The translations under genes were made by a program, and so were the position numbers. The notes under the pieces are model-generated. The model searched no databases and was not told the origin of the DNA. It was given only the letters and a program-made list of their open reading frames with translations. A DNA stretch of 62,890 bases, the filler included, from Octopus bimaculoides (lineage: Eukaryota), in NCBI RefSeq assembly GCF_001194135.2. It is 5 parts of 5 records of this genome, joined end to end, with 100 filler letters (N's around TTAATTAATTAA, not from the genome) between each part and the next. Parts side by side here need not be neighbours in the genome. Positions count along the whole stretch, not along the records: positions 1 to 18,024 come from NC_068988.1; 4 more parts are not named here. One strand, written 5' to 3'. This document shows, in pieces, positions 1 through 11,090 of the stretch. The first letter of the stretch is position 1, and every line of letters begins with the position of its first letter.

Positions 1-14
1 GTAGTCATCGAATA

Positions 15-199
15 TGGTTCAATTTCGATTTCGATTTCGATTTCACTTGCCCCAACTGGTCTTCACAAGCAGAGTTTAGTGTCCAATGAAGGAGAGGTTG
101 GCATGGGTGCCATCATCGGATTCGGTTCGATTTCGACTTCAGATTTCAATTTACTTGCCTCAACAGGTCTTTGCAAGCAGAGTTTAGTGTCCAATGAAG
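15..199 (-). mobile_element. RTE-type LINE 3' tail, two tandem partial copies, antisense
   Basis: cacttgcc..caa..ggtctt..caagcagagtttagtgtccaatgaa at ~41-91 and ~149-199 is the reverse complement of the 3' UTR at ~534-580. Confidence 0.65.
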
Positions 200-249
200 T
201 AAAGACACGAATAAGTGAGCTGGCCACACTTCTGGCAGAGGCCACAGCT

Positions 250-585
250 TCAGATGTGGTGTGCAAGAGAGACGACTGCACTGGTATGGTTATGTGCTGC
301 GAATGGATGAGGACAGCTGTGTGAAAAAGTGTCACACCCAAGCAGATCCAGGAAAACCTGGGATGAGGTGGTGAAGCATGGCCTTCGAACATTGGGCCTT
401 ACCGAGGCAATGACTAGTGACCGGGACCTTTGGAGATATGCTGTGCTTGAGAAGACCCAACAAGCCAAGTGAGACCACAGCCCATGGCCTATGCCAATGG
501 GTGTAACCATCCCATTTATGAATACCCCTCATTCATTGGACAATGAACTTTGCTTGCGAAGACCTATTGAGGCAAGTGTAAACAA
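250..585 (+). pseudogene. RTE-clade LINE C-terminus plus 3' UTR
   Basis: RRLHWYGYVLRMDEDSCVKKCHT, then after a deletion/frameshift SRKTWDEVVKHGLRTLGLTEAMTSDRDLWRYAVLEKTQQAK* (TGA 470-472); typical RTE post-RT motifs. Confidence 0.85.
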
Positions 586-594
586 ATCAAAATT

Positions 595-1077
595 GCTGAC
601 GTGGCTGATGACAGTACTGCCTGATTGGCACTTGTGCCAGTGGAACGTTAAAAGCACATCTGAGCATGATCATTGCCAGAGTCACAGATTGGCTCCTGTA
701 CCGGTGACATGTGAAAAGCACCATTTGAGCATGATCATTGCCAGCGTCGCCTTACTGGCACATGTGCCAGTGGTGCATGAATATCTACATTTGAGCATGG
801 TCGTTCCCAGTGCCACTGGACTGGCTACTGTGCAGGTAGCATGTAAAAACACCTTTTGAGTGTGGTCGGTGCCAGAACTTCCCCTCGTGCCGGTGGCATG
901 AAAAATCACCCACTACACTCTCGGAGTGGTTGGCGTTAGGAAGGGCATCCATCTATAAAAACTTTGCCAGATCAGATTGGAGCCTGGTGCAGCCTGTGGC
1001 CTACCAGTCGTCAGTCAAACCATCCAACCCATGCCAGCATGGAAAGCGGATGTTAAACGATGATGATGATGATGATA
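595..1077 (+). mobile_element. SINE-like repeat with internal ~55-60 bp tandem units and (GAT)n tail
   Basis: units like aaaagcaccatttgagcatgatcattgccag; 3' block ggagtggttggcgttaggaagggcatcc...gttaaacgatgatg recurs at 40985-41445 and 44070-44452. Confidence 0.8.
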
Positions 1078-1084
1078 TATATAT

Positions 1085-1605
1085 TTATATAAGCAGTAAT
1101 GAAGTCACTTGGAGACTCCTTCATTTCCCCACCATGACAGATATCGCACAGTTGTCCACATCTCTGTTCATTCAGAAAATGGCCAAAGAGTTTATTTTGA
1201 TCCATGGAATCCCAAAAGAGCTAGAGGACAAATATTTGCGCAACAGGTGACAACTTTCATAGCATTCTTTGACAAGTGTAGAAGTGACGTATTCACCATG
1301 ACAATCTTCTACTGTGATGTACCGAAGTATTACACCTGGAATAACGATGTTAAGAAGTGGAAGAGGAGAAAGCTTGGTGTAACCGTTGAAAGGCATCCAC
1401 AAATAGAAAAAAGTAATACTCTAGGTCGAGTTTATACGGTCCACCCCAAAAACTTTGAATACTGTCTCCGGATGTTCCTCCACAAAGTTCCTGGACCAAC
1501 CTCATTCAAAGACCTTAAAATAGTAAACTCCTTGATTTGCAAAACATTTTGACAAGCCTGCTAACTACGAGGTCTTTTTGAAGATGGCAGTCACTCTTTG
1601 TGATG
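1085..1605 (+). pseudogene. Helitron Rep/helicase fragment
   Basis: YISSNEVTWRLLHF / TVVHISVHSENGQRVYF / DVPKYYTWN / LGRVYTVHPKNFEYCLRMFLHKVPGPTSFKDLK / F*QAC*LRGLFED match recalled conserved RepHel segments; frameshift and stops. Confidence 0.9.
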
Positions 1606-1830
1606 CAGCAAACTACATCCACAAAGTGAATGTAAGTGTTTTCAAATCAAAACTGGATCTCTTTCTGTTGAGAGTCCGAGATGAACCTACCTCGCAACAG
1701 GAGGTGCAAATGAGAGTAGCGACATCAACTCCCTATTCACCAAATGCTACATATCTCAATAATAATAGTGTAGTAAAATGGCAGTGCCCCAGCATGGCGA
1801 CAGCTTTGAGCAGAAACTGATAAAGCAACA
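1606..1830 (+). pseudogene. CR1/L2-like LINE 3' end
   Basis: VNVSVFKSKLDLFLLRVRDEPT resembles the FK.KLD.FL..(I/V)PD.P C-terminus; 3' UTR ggcagtgccccagcatggcgacagc. Confidence 0.65.
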
Positions 1831-2004
1831 ATATATTTGTGTGCCCATGTCCCCAAAAAGTTTTTGTGAGTTAGAAAAAGAAATGCACTTGCACATTGTT
1901 AATAGAATGGGTATATTACTTATGCAGTATTGTGTTTGGTAACAAAAATTGGCTGTTATGAAACTAAATTCATAATTCTGTATAAATAATATATATGTAT
2001 GTGT

Positions 2005-2009
<5 letters not shown>

Positions 2010-2074
<65 letters not shown>
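2010..2074. repeat. (CA)n microsatellite
   Basis: direct reading. Confidence 0.95.
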
Positions 2075-2078
<4 letters not shown>

Positions 2079-2584
2079 CAATATATTGATTAACAAAGTT
2101 AATATGTTCCACTTATTCTTTTTATTTCACTAACAGAAATTTTGTTATCAAAGGAATGGAAAACACAATTTTTATGCAGATAAATTATTTTGATTATTGA
2201 CAAAAAACAAAACAAAAGAAAAAAGAAAGAAAAGAAATAAGCACTCATTTAAAACAGTTAGGTTACAATGGCCTGACATATATAGAAAAATTTCCTTTGT
2301 GCAAATCTGGAATTCATTTATAAAATATGGTATTACTGAGTGTGTTAGATGTTTATTATCATCAAAAATAAAAGAAAGACATCATGGCTCGACTATTTTG
2401 TTCAATATTTAGATTGCTTTCTGAGAGTCACTGTAAAGTGGAACTCATTTCATTAAGGTGATAAAGATGTCTGCTGCCAGGTCTAGTTGTGGTGGTTATT
2501 TGAACTGGATACTTGTTTGTTATTTGAACTAGATACTTGTAGTTCTGTTAAATTCTTAAGGCTTTCACTGATGATGGTCTGGTA

Positions 2585-2745
2585 TCATCATCATCAGCAT
2601 TTAATGTATGTCTTTTATGCTATCATAGGTTGGATGGTTTGACAACATCTGATGCTCCAATGTCTACTTTAGTATAATTTCTATAGTTGGATGCTCTTCC
2701 CATAATCAACCACTTTACAGAGTGTATAGGATGCTGCTTTCATGA
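2585..2745 (-). mobile_element. degenerate antisense 3' part of the (GAT)n-tailed SINE-like repeat
   Basis: catcatcatcagcatttaatgt...ggatgctcttcc..aaccact is a diverged reverse complement of 925-1070. Confidence 0.6.
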
Positions 2746-3001
2746 TCGCCTTGTAACTTGCCACTTAAAGTAGCATCTATAACTGAGGGAGAATGGAAGA
2801 GAGAGTGAGCAATGATCCCGGGGGGTGGGAATGAATGATGATAAAAGGAGTGTGTGGGGAAATATGGTAGGGAATAGATAGAAGGGGTTAGTGATATGGG
2901 TTATTGAAAGACATGGGGATAGGGTTGAAAGGTAACAGGGTGGATTATAAGGGAATGGGTATCATGCAATAAATCCTGATTGATGCCTGCATCACCTTTA
3001 A

Positions 3002-3222
3002 CCCTTTAGCATTCAAACCAGCCATATCCAGCCAAAATATTCTACCTGTTTTATGTTCAAAATGTTCAGATCTGAACTCTCACACCAACCCTACATTATC
3101 TTTCTAAAAATTAACAGTTACCTTGTACAAACTTGCAAAGTTACAAAATAATGCATGATTAATTCAAAACAATGTGAATAAATAAGCATTACTTTTGATA
3201 AAACAATGCAAACGCTAAAGGG
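3002..3222. mobile_element. piggyBac-like MITE, family 1
   Basis: TTAA (2998-3001) CCCTTTAGC ... GCTAAAGGG TTAA (3223-3226); no ORF. Confidence 0.85.
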
Positions 3223-3322
3223 TTAAAATCCCACTTCCAATACCATCCAGACAAACTATTGCTAATAGAGATTATGGCCTTCATGAACTAAATTTGGACT
3301 CAATTTTTTCCCAAGCCACAAT

Positions 3323-3480
3323 CTCTCTATATATAAAATTCTTTGTCTGATGTTCCCTATGCATTCTCAAATGGCTCCATCAAATCAAATTTTACAAGGT
3401 AATAGTATTACACCCTGCGAGTGTCAACATGTAATTTCTATTTTCATTTGAACTAAAATAATATAACATTTTCTTGAAAA
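3323..3480 (+). mobile_element. possible non-autonomous Helitron 5' end
   Basis: a|tctctctatatataaaattctttgtctg...tatgcattctcaaatggct resembles recalled Helitron 5' termini; no 3' end found. Confidence 0.3.
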
Positions 3481-3833
3481 CAATCTTTCTATAGTCAACT
3501 ATAGTAACATACATTTTATACCACAATGACATCATATTTTGTATATGAGTGCGTATGTGTTTGCGCACTCATTGTGTACAAGATAGTAAAGGACATTTTA
3601 TACCATGATGACGACACATCTGGATCATTCTCTCCTTATTATGTCAACTATTCTGTCTAGCATTTACTGTTGTAATAATGTCTGGTGCAAAAAAAATTAT
3701 TACAACTACTTTCATTGTTTACAGTCTTTTGCACTGGTGTATTTGTGTACACCAACACATAAACAAAATGTTAGAAAAGCTGAAGGATCAAACAAAAACA
3801 CTGTACCAGTGTATTTGTGTATCAGTAAATAAC

Positions 3834-4307
3834 CATGGGTAAATATTTCATAAAGGACCCATTTGCACCTCAGTGTGTAGGTGCATTCAATGTATATGAC
3901 CTCCAAACCTGCCGCAAGCCAGTGGGAGAGGGGTCAAAAAATTATTTCACAGCGAAATATCAGCCAACCTTTCATTGCAAATAGCTGTTATGTGGTAGTA
4001 GGGCAAGCTAGAAATAGCAGCCAAATCTTTCCTTCTCTGGGGAAAGGAGCCGTTTACACGTGATTTCAATGTCACATTCGTTGAAAGTGTGTCAAATAAT
4101 CTGGAAAAGAAAAGCAACAACCTGTGAAACAAAACTCTGTTGGTGGGAAACTCCGAGGTCCCCCTTCCCCCTCATTCTTTTCTGGAAAAAAGGGGCTTGC
4201 GGTGGGTTTGGAGGTCAGATACATTGAATGGACTCAAAATACCATGTGGAAAAAAAATTATTTCACACCAAGGTACGAATGAGTCCTTTATGAAATATTT
4301 ACCCCTG
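3834..4307. mobile_element. TIR MITE, superfamily unassigned
   Basis: catgggtaaatatttcataaaggacccatttgcacc vs ggtacgaatgagtcctttatgaaatatttacccctg; second inverted block cattcaatgtatatgacctccaaacc..cgcaagcc vs ggcttgcg..ggtttggaggtcagatacattgaatg; no clear TSD. Confidence 0.8.
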
Positions 4308-4334
4308 AATGAAACTGGGTCCTTCTGCTTGTAA

Positions 4335-4775
4335 GAAATAAATGCTTAACTTCCTTCCAGGTATCTTCAATATTATTTACTGCTTGCACAATATTGTAAT
4401 TTTTCCAGAATTCTTAGATAGAAGTTTATCAGTCACTGAAACCATCTGAATTCAAAATTCTTCTATGGTAATGAAGAACAGAAATAATTCTGGTCCATAG
4501 ACTATAGAAGTGAATCTGTGTTTGGTAAAATGAAAACAATGTCACATGTTGGGAGTGATTTAAGATTTGAACAATGATCAAAATCATTATCCAAGAGCAG
4601 AAATGCCTAGAGGTTGAAACTATTCCACAGTAGCTGTTAGAGGTAGGACAGGAATGTTCAATAGACTATTCAGTAAGCAAATCTTGAATAACCCAAACCT
4701 TTTTGTTAGAATTTCATAAAACTCTCATCTAAGTTAGTCTTTTAAGGTTGACATTGTTGTTGTCCACTGTCATAT
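4335..4775 (-). pseudogene. pogo/Tigger DDE transposase fossil
   Basis: minus strand NSNKKVWV, FLLLDNDFDH, IVFILPNTDSLL*SMDQ, EFWKNYNIVQAVNNIEDTWKEVK in Tigger motif order. Confidence 0.85.
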
Positions 4776-4849
4776 AATAGTCATTTCCCATCCAATAACC
4801 AGAGTTCAATAATGTTAATTGTAGTTGACAAATGGATGGCTGATCTATA

Positions 4850-5085
4850 CATCATCATTCTCCTCCTCTAATGTCTGCTTTCCATGCTGGCATGGGTTGA
4901 ACAGTTTGACCAGAGCTGGCAGGCTGCACCAAGTTCTAGTCTAATTTGGCATGGTTTCTGCAGTTAGAAGCCCTTCCTAATACCAACCATTTTACAGTGT
5001 GTGCTGGGTGCTTTTAATGTGATGCTGCACAAGTACTTTTACATGGCACTGGCACAAAAGCTTTTTATGTAGCACCGGTACACAA
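4850..5085 (-). mobile_element. antisense copy of the (GAT)n-tailed SINE-like repeat
   Basis: ctgctttccatgctggcatgggttg...gcccttcctaataccaacc is the reverse complement of the 3' block at 925-1060. Confidence 0.75.
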
Positions 5086-5144
5086 CTCATGCAGGCCAAT
5101 CCTCTTCACCAGGGAATGCGACCTTAACACACTGCTGTGGATGA

Positions 5145-5305
5145 CAGGTTTTCTTGAATACAGCAAGGTGCCAGGTATCTTGGTCCTTTGTTATCTTGTG
5201 TGAGAGGTTCTGTGACTGGAGGTCATCCTTTAGTTACTTTGTTCTACATCTTCCCAGGTCTCCCTCTTCCATGTGTTCCATTCACTTTGAGAGATTGCAC
5301 CTATA
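5145..5305 (-). pseudogene. RTE LINE C-terminal fragment
   Basis: minus strand QSLKVNGTHGRGRPGK... then KDQDTWHLAVFKKT. Confidence 0.7.
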
Positions 5306-5723
5306 CCACTGTAACATTGATTTATTGATTCAGTGACAATAAAACTGCTCAAATGATCCTAGCTATTTCCAATGTTTTATGCCACATAACCTGCCAAGGA
5401 CATGATATAACACCTTCCTCCACACCATTAGAAAATATAAACATTCTATTGGTTTATTGATTGTGATTCAGTCAATCCTTAACTGTGATGGAATGAATCT
5501 GGGGTTTTGTGGGTGAGGTATTGGTAGGTGGGAGGGATATGTGACATTGGTAGGTGGGGACAGTTTATGGTACTAGGAGGTAGGATGGTTTGATGTTTAG
5601 TCTAGAGTCAGACCTAATCAAGATCTATGATCAACAGCATTCCTTCCATGGCCACCCTGTCTTTTTGTATATCAAGATCTACACAGTGTTCTTGTGTTTT
5701 TGTGCCTCAGTTAGAAATTATCA

Positions 5724-5763
<40 letters not shown>

Positions 5764-5765
<2 letters not shown>

Positions 5766-5975
5766 GGCAGTGAGCTGGCAAAATCATTATCATGCCAGAC
5801 AAAATGCTCAGTGGCATTTCTTCTGGCTTTATGTTCTGAGTTCAAATGCTGCTGAGGTCAAATTTGCCATTCATTCTTTCATGGTTGATAAAAAAAGTAT
5901 CAGTGAAGTACTGGGGTCGATGTAATCAACTGCTCCTTCCCCCAAAATTTCAGGCCTTGTGCTCCTGGTAGAAAG
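5764..5975 (+). mobile_element. tRNA-derived SINE with Meta-domain-like core (MetaSINE-like)
   Basis: gagctggcaaaatc...gagttcaaat B-box; core like tttcatcctttcggggtcgataaaataagtacc; many copies in window; family assignment from memory. Confidence 0.75.
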
Positions 5976-6765
5976 AATTATAATTTTCTCTCTTACTCTC
6001 TCTCCCTCATTTATACTTTTATACACAAACAGATCATCCACAACTATGGCCATGTTTATGTAAAACAGTTAAGTTAAATAACAACGTGAATTAAAATAAT
6101 TTATTTTTCTTTGCTCTTAGATTATTGTGGATTAGTGACAGAACAAACAGGCAAAGTTCAATTCCTGACATGGTTCTCTGTAATGATCTGCTTGAGTTAT
6201 TTTTATTACCCGCAGAATCACTTCATACAAGAATTGTCACTAATAGCAATATAACATTTCAATGATTTTGAAAACATGAAATATTTTATTTCAAGAACAT
6301 GATATAAAATAAACTAATTTCAATAGATTTTGCTGAAACACATTATTTATTGTAAGAATATTGAATATTTTCATTAAATTATTGAAATTTGTTTCAGAAT
6401 TTTAATGTATAAATGGAAAAAAAAAATCAAAGAACTCCTTGAAAGGAAATGGTAATCACATCTTTTTAAACACTGAACTAAATACAAGTATTGCAATACT
6501 GAATTTCGCTGTTTCTAATTTACAAAAATAAAGAAAACATAATAAACAGCAAAAATTCATATTCTGTTCTATCTTTATTTTTGCGGATATTATACTGAAA
6601 GTTTGGAGAAGAACAGAAAGATATAATTCATTGCAATATGAATTAATAATATTTTCTGTACAAAGATCATGATACAGGATAATGCTGTATCCTAGACTTG
6701 TGTCAACAGGGATAAAAAAAGGACAAACTATTGGTAATATTGGTTTGTCAATTAGGTGCAAAGAC

Positions 6766-6950
6766 AGCAATTTTAAGAGGAGAGGATATGGTGAAGCCAC
6801 TGACTCCACCATACCGTCTCCCAGTACTCGGAAAGGATGAAAGGTGCAAAGTGATCATGGCAGGATTTGAACTCAGAACATAAAGAACCAGGACAAATAC
6901 CACAAAGCAATTTTTCTGGCACTCCAACAATTCTGCCAACTCATCAGACA
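6766..6950 (-). mobile_element. MetaSINE-like copy
   Basis: ggaaaggatgaaagg..atttgaactcagaac antisense core. Confidence 0.7.
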
Positions 6951-7055
6951 ATTATTGATAAGAAAGATGTTTGTTATCATCAAGCTTCAGGGGGTGAACA
7001 AAAGAGTCCCAGGAAAGGACTCGTATAAATCTGAAATCACCTGCTGCATTTCATA

Positions 7056-7099
<44 letters not shown>

Positions 7100-7400
7100 T
7101 GTGGGGCAAAATGTGGCTGAGAAACTTTGCTTCCCAATCTAGTGGTTTTGGGTTAAGTCCCACTGTGCAGCACCTTGAGCAAGTATTTTCTAATATAGCC
7201 TTGAGTCAACCAAAACCTTGTATGTAGATTTGGTAGACAGAAACTGAAAGAAGCCAATTGTATGCGTATGCATGTAAGAGTGTGTGTGTGTGCATGCATG
7301 TACCATTGTCTTGACATCATGAAATGACTGTAGATGAGTATCATTGTCATACAAGCAACATTTATTCATTTCTGGTCTTCTGTGAGAAATGTTTAACCAA
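7100..7400 (+). mobile_element. tRNA-derived SINE with CORE-like block (octopus OR/OK-type)
   Basis: cttgcttccca...agtcccactg..gcaccttg.gcaagt...gaaactgaaagaagcc. Confidence 0.75.
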
Positions 7401-7529
7401 AGAAAAGGCATACAGATGTAGAAAAAGTGCTTCAGTAAACTATCATGAAGTACAGGAAAGTGGACATTGAACTGATGATGATACATATTAATATTTAGCG
7501 CACCTCCTTTGTATGTATGCACACACACT

Positions 7530-7565
<36 letters not shown>

Positions 7566-7585
7566 NNNNNNNNNNNNNNNNNNAA

Positions 7586-7658
<73 letters not shown>

Positions 7659-8273
7659 TAGAGAGAAAAGTTATTTTATACCACACAGGTAGAAATATAG
7701 GAAAAATAGAAGTTGAAAATGCACTGAGAATAGTTTAAATATTTTTATTAATACATTTAAAGCTTTAACTGGTTTCACAGTTTACACTGATTTTTAAAAT
7801 GTTCAAATAGAAAGATGTGGTTTATGTTGCAGCTGTCTTGCTTCTGACTAGTGTTAGAATCTTGGCCTATTTTTATAGGGAGTTCATGGCTCAAATTAGT
7901 ATATGTTTTGAATAGGATTTGATTGGTAGAGGATAGTCACATGTTTGGTCTTGGAAATTTTTGTAGGTTTCCTCCGTTATGCCCATGTGTTAGTATCAAG
8001 TGACAATGTTTGGCATCATAAGTTAAGGCCGACATGGTTGACTGAACATGTCCAAACAATCAATGCTCTGAATGTTTTCTGTCAAGTGCTTAGTGCTTGT
8101 AGAGAATAAATAAGTTTATAACGTTTTGTACGTTTCTTGCTACGTGTGTGCATTAGTGTTACATGACAGTATGTTTTGTGCCTAAAAAGAAGGCCAATAT
8201 GATTGATGATGATGATGATGATAATAATATATAGGATGTATATATTGATATTTAGACTAGCTTTCTGGCTCAC

Positions 8274-8335
8274 CACAGAGAAATAGGTTATATGAAAATA
8301 CAGGAGGTAGGGTGGGTGGTATGAATGAAATCCCA
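8274..8335 (-). CDS. candidate internal exon of an unidentified gene
   Basis: acceptor tatatttttatttctcag, donor gtgagc; 62 nt, two open frames. Confidence 0.3.
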
Positions 8336-8659
8336 CTGAGAAATAAAAATATATGCCAATACATTCACCACCTTTGAAGAGCCAAAAGGTTACCATGACA
8401 ACCATTATAATCAATTTTTCTAATTATAGCACCTTTCATCAAATCATACACTTCCTTAATTGTACTGACAAATAAATTGGGTTTGATTTGCTCCACTTAA
8501 CAAAACAAGTGATTGTAAAAGTTAGCAATGATTTTGAACATCAAGACAAATACAACTAGATTTAAACTAGGATTTAAAAAAAAACAGGTAATTTTTTAAA
8601 AATATCTTTCAAGTAAGAGCAACAAGAATAATAATAGCTCACTGCTGTTAGTACAATGT

Positions 8660-9095
8660 GTGTTCCAGCAGGCCACCTTGTTTGAATGCCTGACATACAA
8701 CTACCCAAAAAACTATTTTATAGTGAACTGGCAGAAGGTAAATGCACAATGTGGGCAGAAAAAGTGCTTCAAAGATACACTCACAGCCTCACTGAAGTGC
8801 TTTTAGATCAACCCCAACACCTGGGAAATGCAAGCAAAGGACCACTTAGCCTGGCAAGGCTGCACCAACAGAGGTGCCACCTTCTACAAACAGATGAGGA
8901 TCGTAAAAGTACATAGAAATTTTGAGCTGTGCAAGTCCAGAGCCAACTCCTTGCCTTCATTCCCAGCAGACCACCAGTGCCTGACTGCTGCAGAACCTTC
9001 TGAGTGTGTATCAGCCTGATTGAACACAGTTGGATGCACTGTGACTCATCTTCTCACATGTGATGTCCTTGGTCATCATCAACAACAACAGATGA
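8660..9095 (+). pseudogene. BovB-like RTE LINE 3' end with C-terminal zinc finger
   Basis: GHLV.MPDIQLPKKLFYSELAEGK; WEMQAKDHLAW; frameshifted CPDC...SH-type finger; tail gtcatcatcaacaac..gatgaac. Confidence 0.85.
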
Positions 9096-9231
9096 ACATT
9101 ATTATTATTGTAATACATACTGATTATATATACTAGCTACTGGAGACACTCGGACATCTATTTGTCAGGTCGTTTTCAGATTCTGGTATACAATACAAAA
9201 GCTGCAGCTACGAGGATTTATTTCTTTCATT

Positions 9232-9443
9232 TGCATATTTCTATTGAAATGTACAGACTTTGCTTCAATTAATTTTGAAAATAACGAAGCATTGAGTAAA
9301 ATATCATTGTCCTTATTAAGTTGGTGTCTAAAACATAAATTAACATGAAATTTTGATGGAAAATTTTAATTGAGATTACTTTAAAAAAAGAAGTTTGTAT
9401 CATAGAATCAGGAGTTGCCTCAGGTAGGTGGGTATCAAAAGGG
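9232..9443. mobile_element. old piggyBac-like MITE related to family 2, left end lost
   Basis: right end ggtatcaaaaggg|TTAA (9444-9447); interior similar to 42120-42341. Confidence 0.7.
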
Positions 9444-9584
9444 TTAAATGTAATTAAATGATATTCGTTTAATTAAGACAAAGTTACCCAGAAATATAAT
9501 GCTTGTTTTTCTAAACACTCTATTTTCTGACACAACAGTTGCAATAATAAATACCTAATAATAGTTATGGTTTTTAAATTAGAC

Positions 9585-9850
9585 ACAGGACCAGCTATTT
9601 TGAGGGGAGGGGGTTACTCAACACCATTCACCATTGGTATTTGATGTGTTATCATATCAGCCCAAGAAATATCAATGATCTAAAATTTTGGCACAAGACA
9701 AACAACTCTGGGGGAGGAGGAAAGTCGCTTACATAACCCCAGTATTCAACTGGTACTTACTTTATCAACTCGAAAGGATGAAATACAAAGTTGACCTTGG
9801 AAATATTTCAAAACAGAGCATAAAGCTAGAAGAAATGCCACAAAGCATCT
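9585..9850 (-). mobile_element. MetaSINE-like copies
   Basis: cccagtattcaactggtacttactttatcaactcgaaaggatgaaatacaaagttgacc. Confidence 0.65.
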
Positions 9851-10968
9851 ATATCATATATATGATATATATATACACACATTAACTTTTTTTACTTATT
9901 ATTTCTCATTTTTTACAATTTATTTTCTCTAATCCATTGATGGTCTCTTTACTGTTCTAAATTTTAATTTAATATAATGTCTTGTTTAGATTATGTATAG
10001 TTGAGGAGATTATATTATATTATACATAAGCATTATTTATTAGATTTACTTCTATTTGACCATTAACTTGTGTAAAAAAATATATTTTTAATATTTTTAA
10101 TATCTAGCAGTTTTTTTCTTCTTTCTTGTTTTTTTTTATTTACTTTCATAAGTCCAACGGCTTTTTGAAATGTACAGCGTCCCGTACTTGTTCGCTATTT
10201 AACTTCATAGGCTAATATCATAACTTAATATCACTTTTCACTTACTCTGCTTTCTAACGGTTTCAAGACCGATATATGCTATACAGTTTCAATACGTGTC
10301 ATGTCTTTTCAACTTGTTTACATGCATGTAATTGTAGGACAACTATGAATGTTGTCTATTTTTACTGTCTGCTATGAATTACTCTGACTCTGAAGAGATA
10401 CAATATTCCATATTTTATGATATGCATGAGTTNNNNNNNNNNNNNNNNNNNNNNNNNNNNNNNNNNNNNNNNNNNNNNNNNNNNNNNNNNNNNNNNNNNN
10501 NNNNNNNNNNNNNNNNNNNNNNNNNNNNNNNNATTTGACTGAGGACTGGTGAACCAGATGGCTGCACCAGGCTCCAATCTAGTCTATCATATTCATATAT
10601 ATATCATATTTATATATATATATATATCTATATAGACATGCACTTATATACATGTATACACATACATATGAAGCCTGTAACTTGCTTTGTCACAGAGTTT
10701 CTTTACTGATGAGATGTTTCAGGCAACAAACTGACTTATTTAAGTATCATCTGAAAGAGTGCATCAAGCGTGAATCTGTGTAATGACAAAGTAAATTAGC
10801 AGCTTTAAATAAATGTACTCTATAACATGTATTGAGTACTCTTTATAACTCATATACACACATGCCCAAGTACACATGCATTCATATAATGAATATACAT
10901 AGACACTCAAATGGTATGCATACAGAATAAAAACCGAGCGTGTGAGTGTGTGTATATATGTGTGTGTG

Positions 10969-11008
<40 letters not shown>

Positions 11009-11036
11009 NNNNNNNNNNNNNNNNNNNNNNNNNNNN

Positions 11037-11090
<54 letters not shown>

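Noticed and set aside
6121-6180. Plus-strand exon candidate (YCGLVTEQTGKVQFLTWFS)
   Set aside because: Good acceptor but isolated and opposite to the other candidates; no homology recognised
7760-7815. Hammerhead-like remnant (cttt CTATTTGA aca..tgt GAAA ccag TT aaag, minus)
   Set aside because: Core too degenerate to call; the adjacent sequence gave no convincing Penelope ORF
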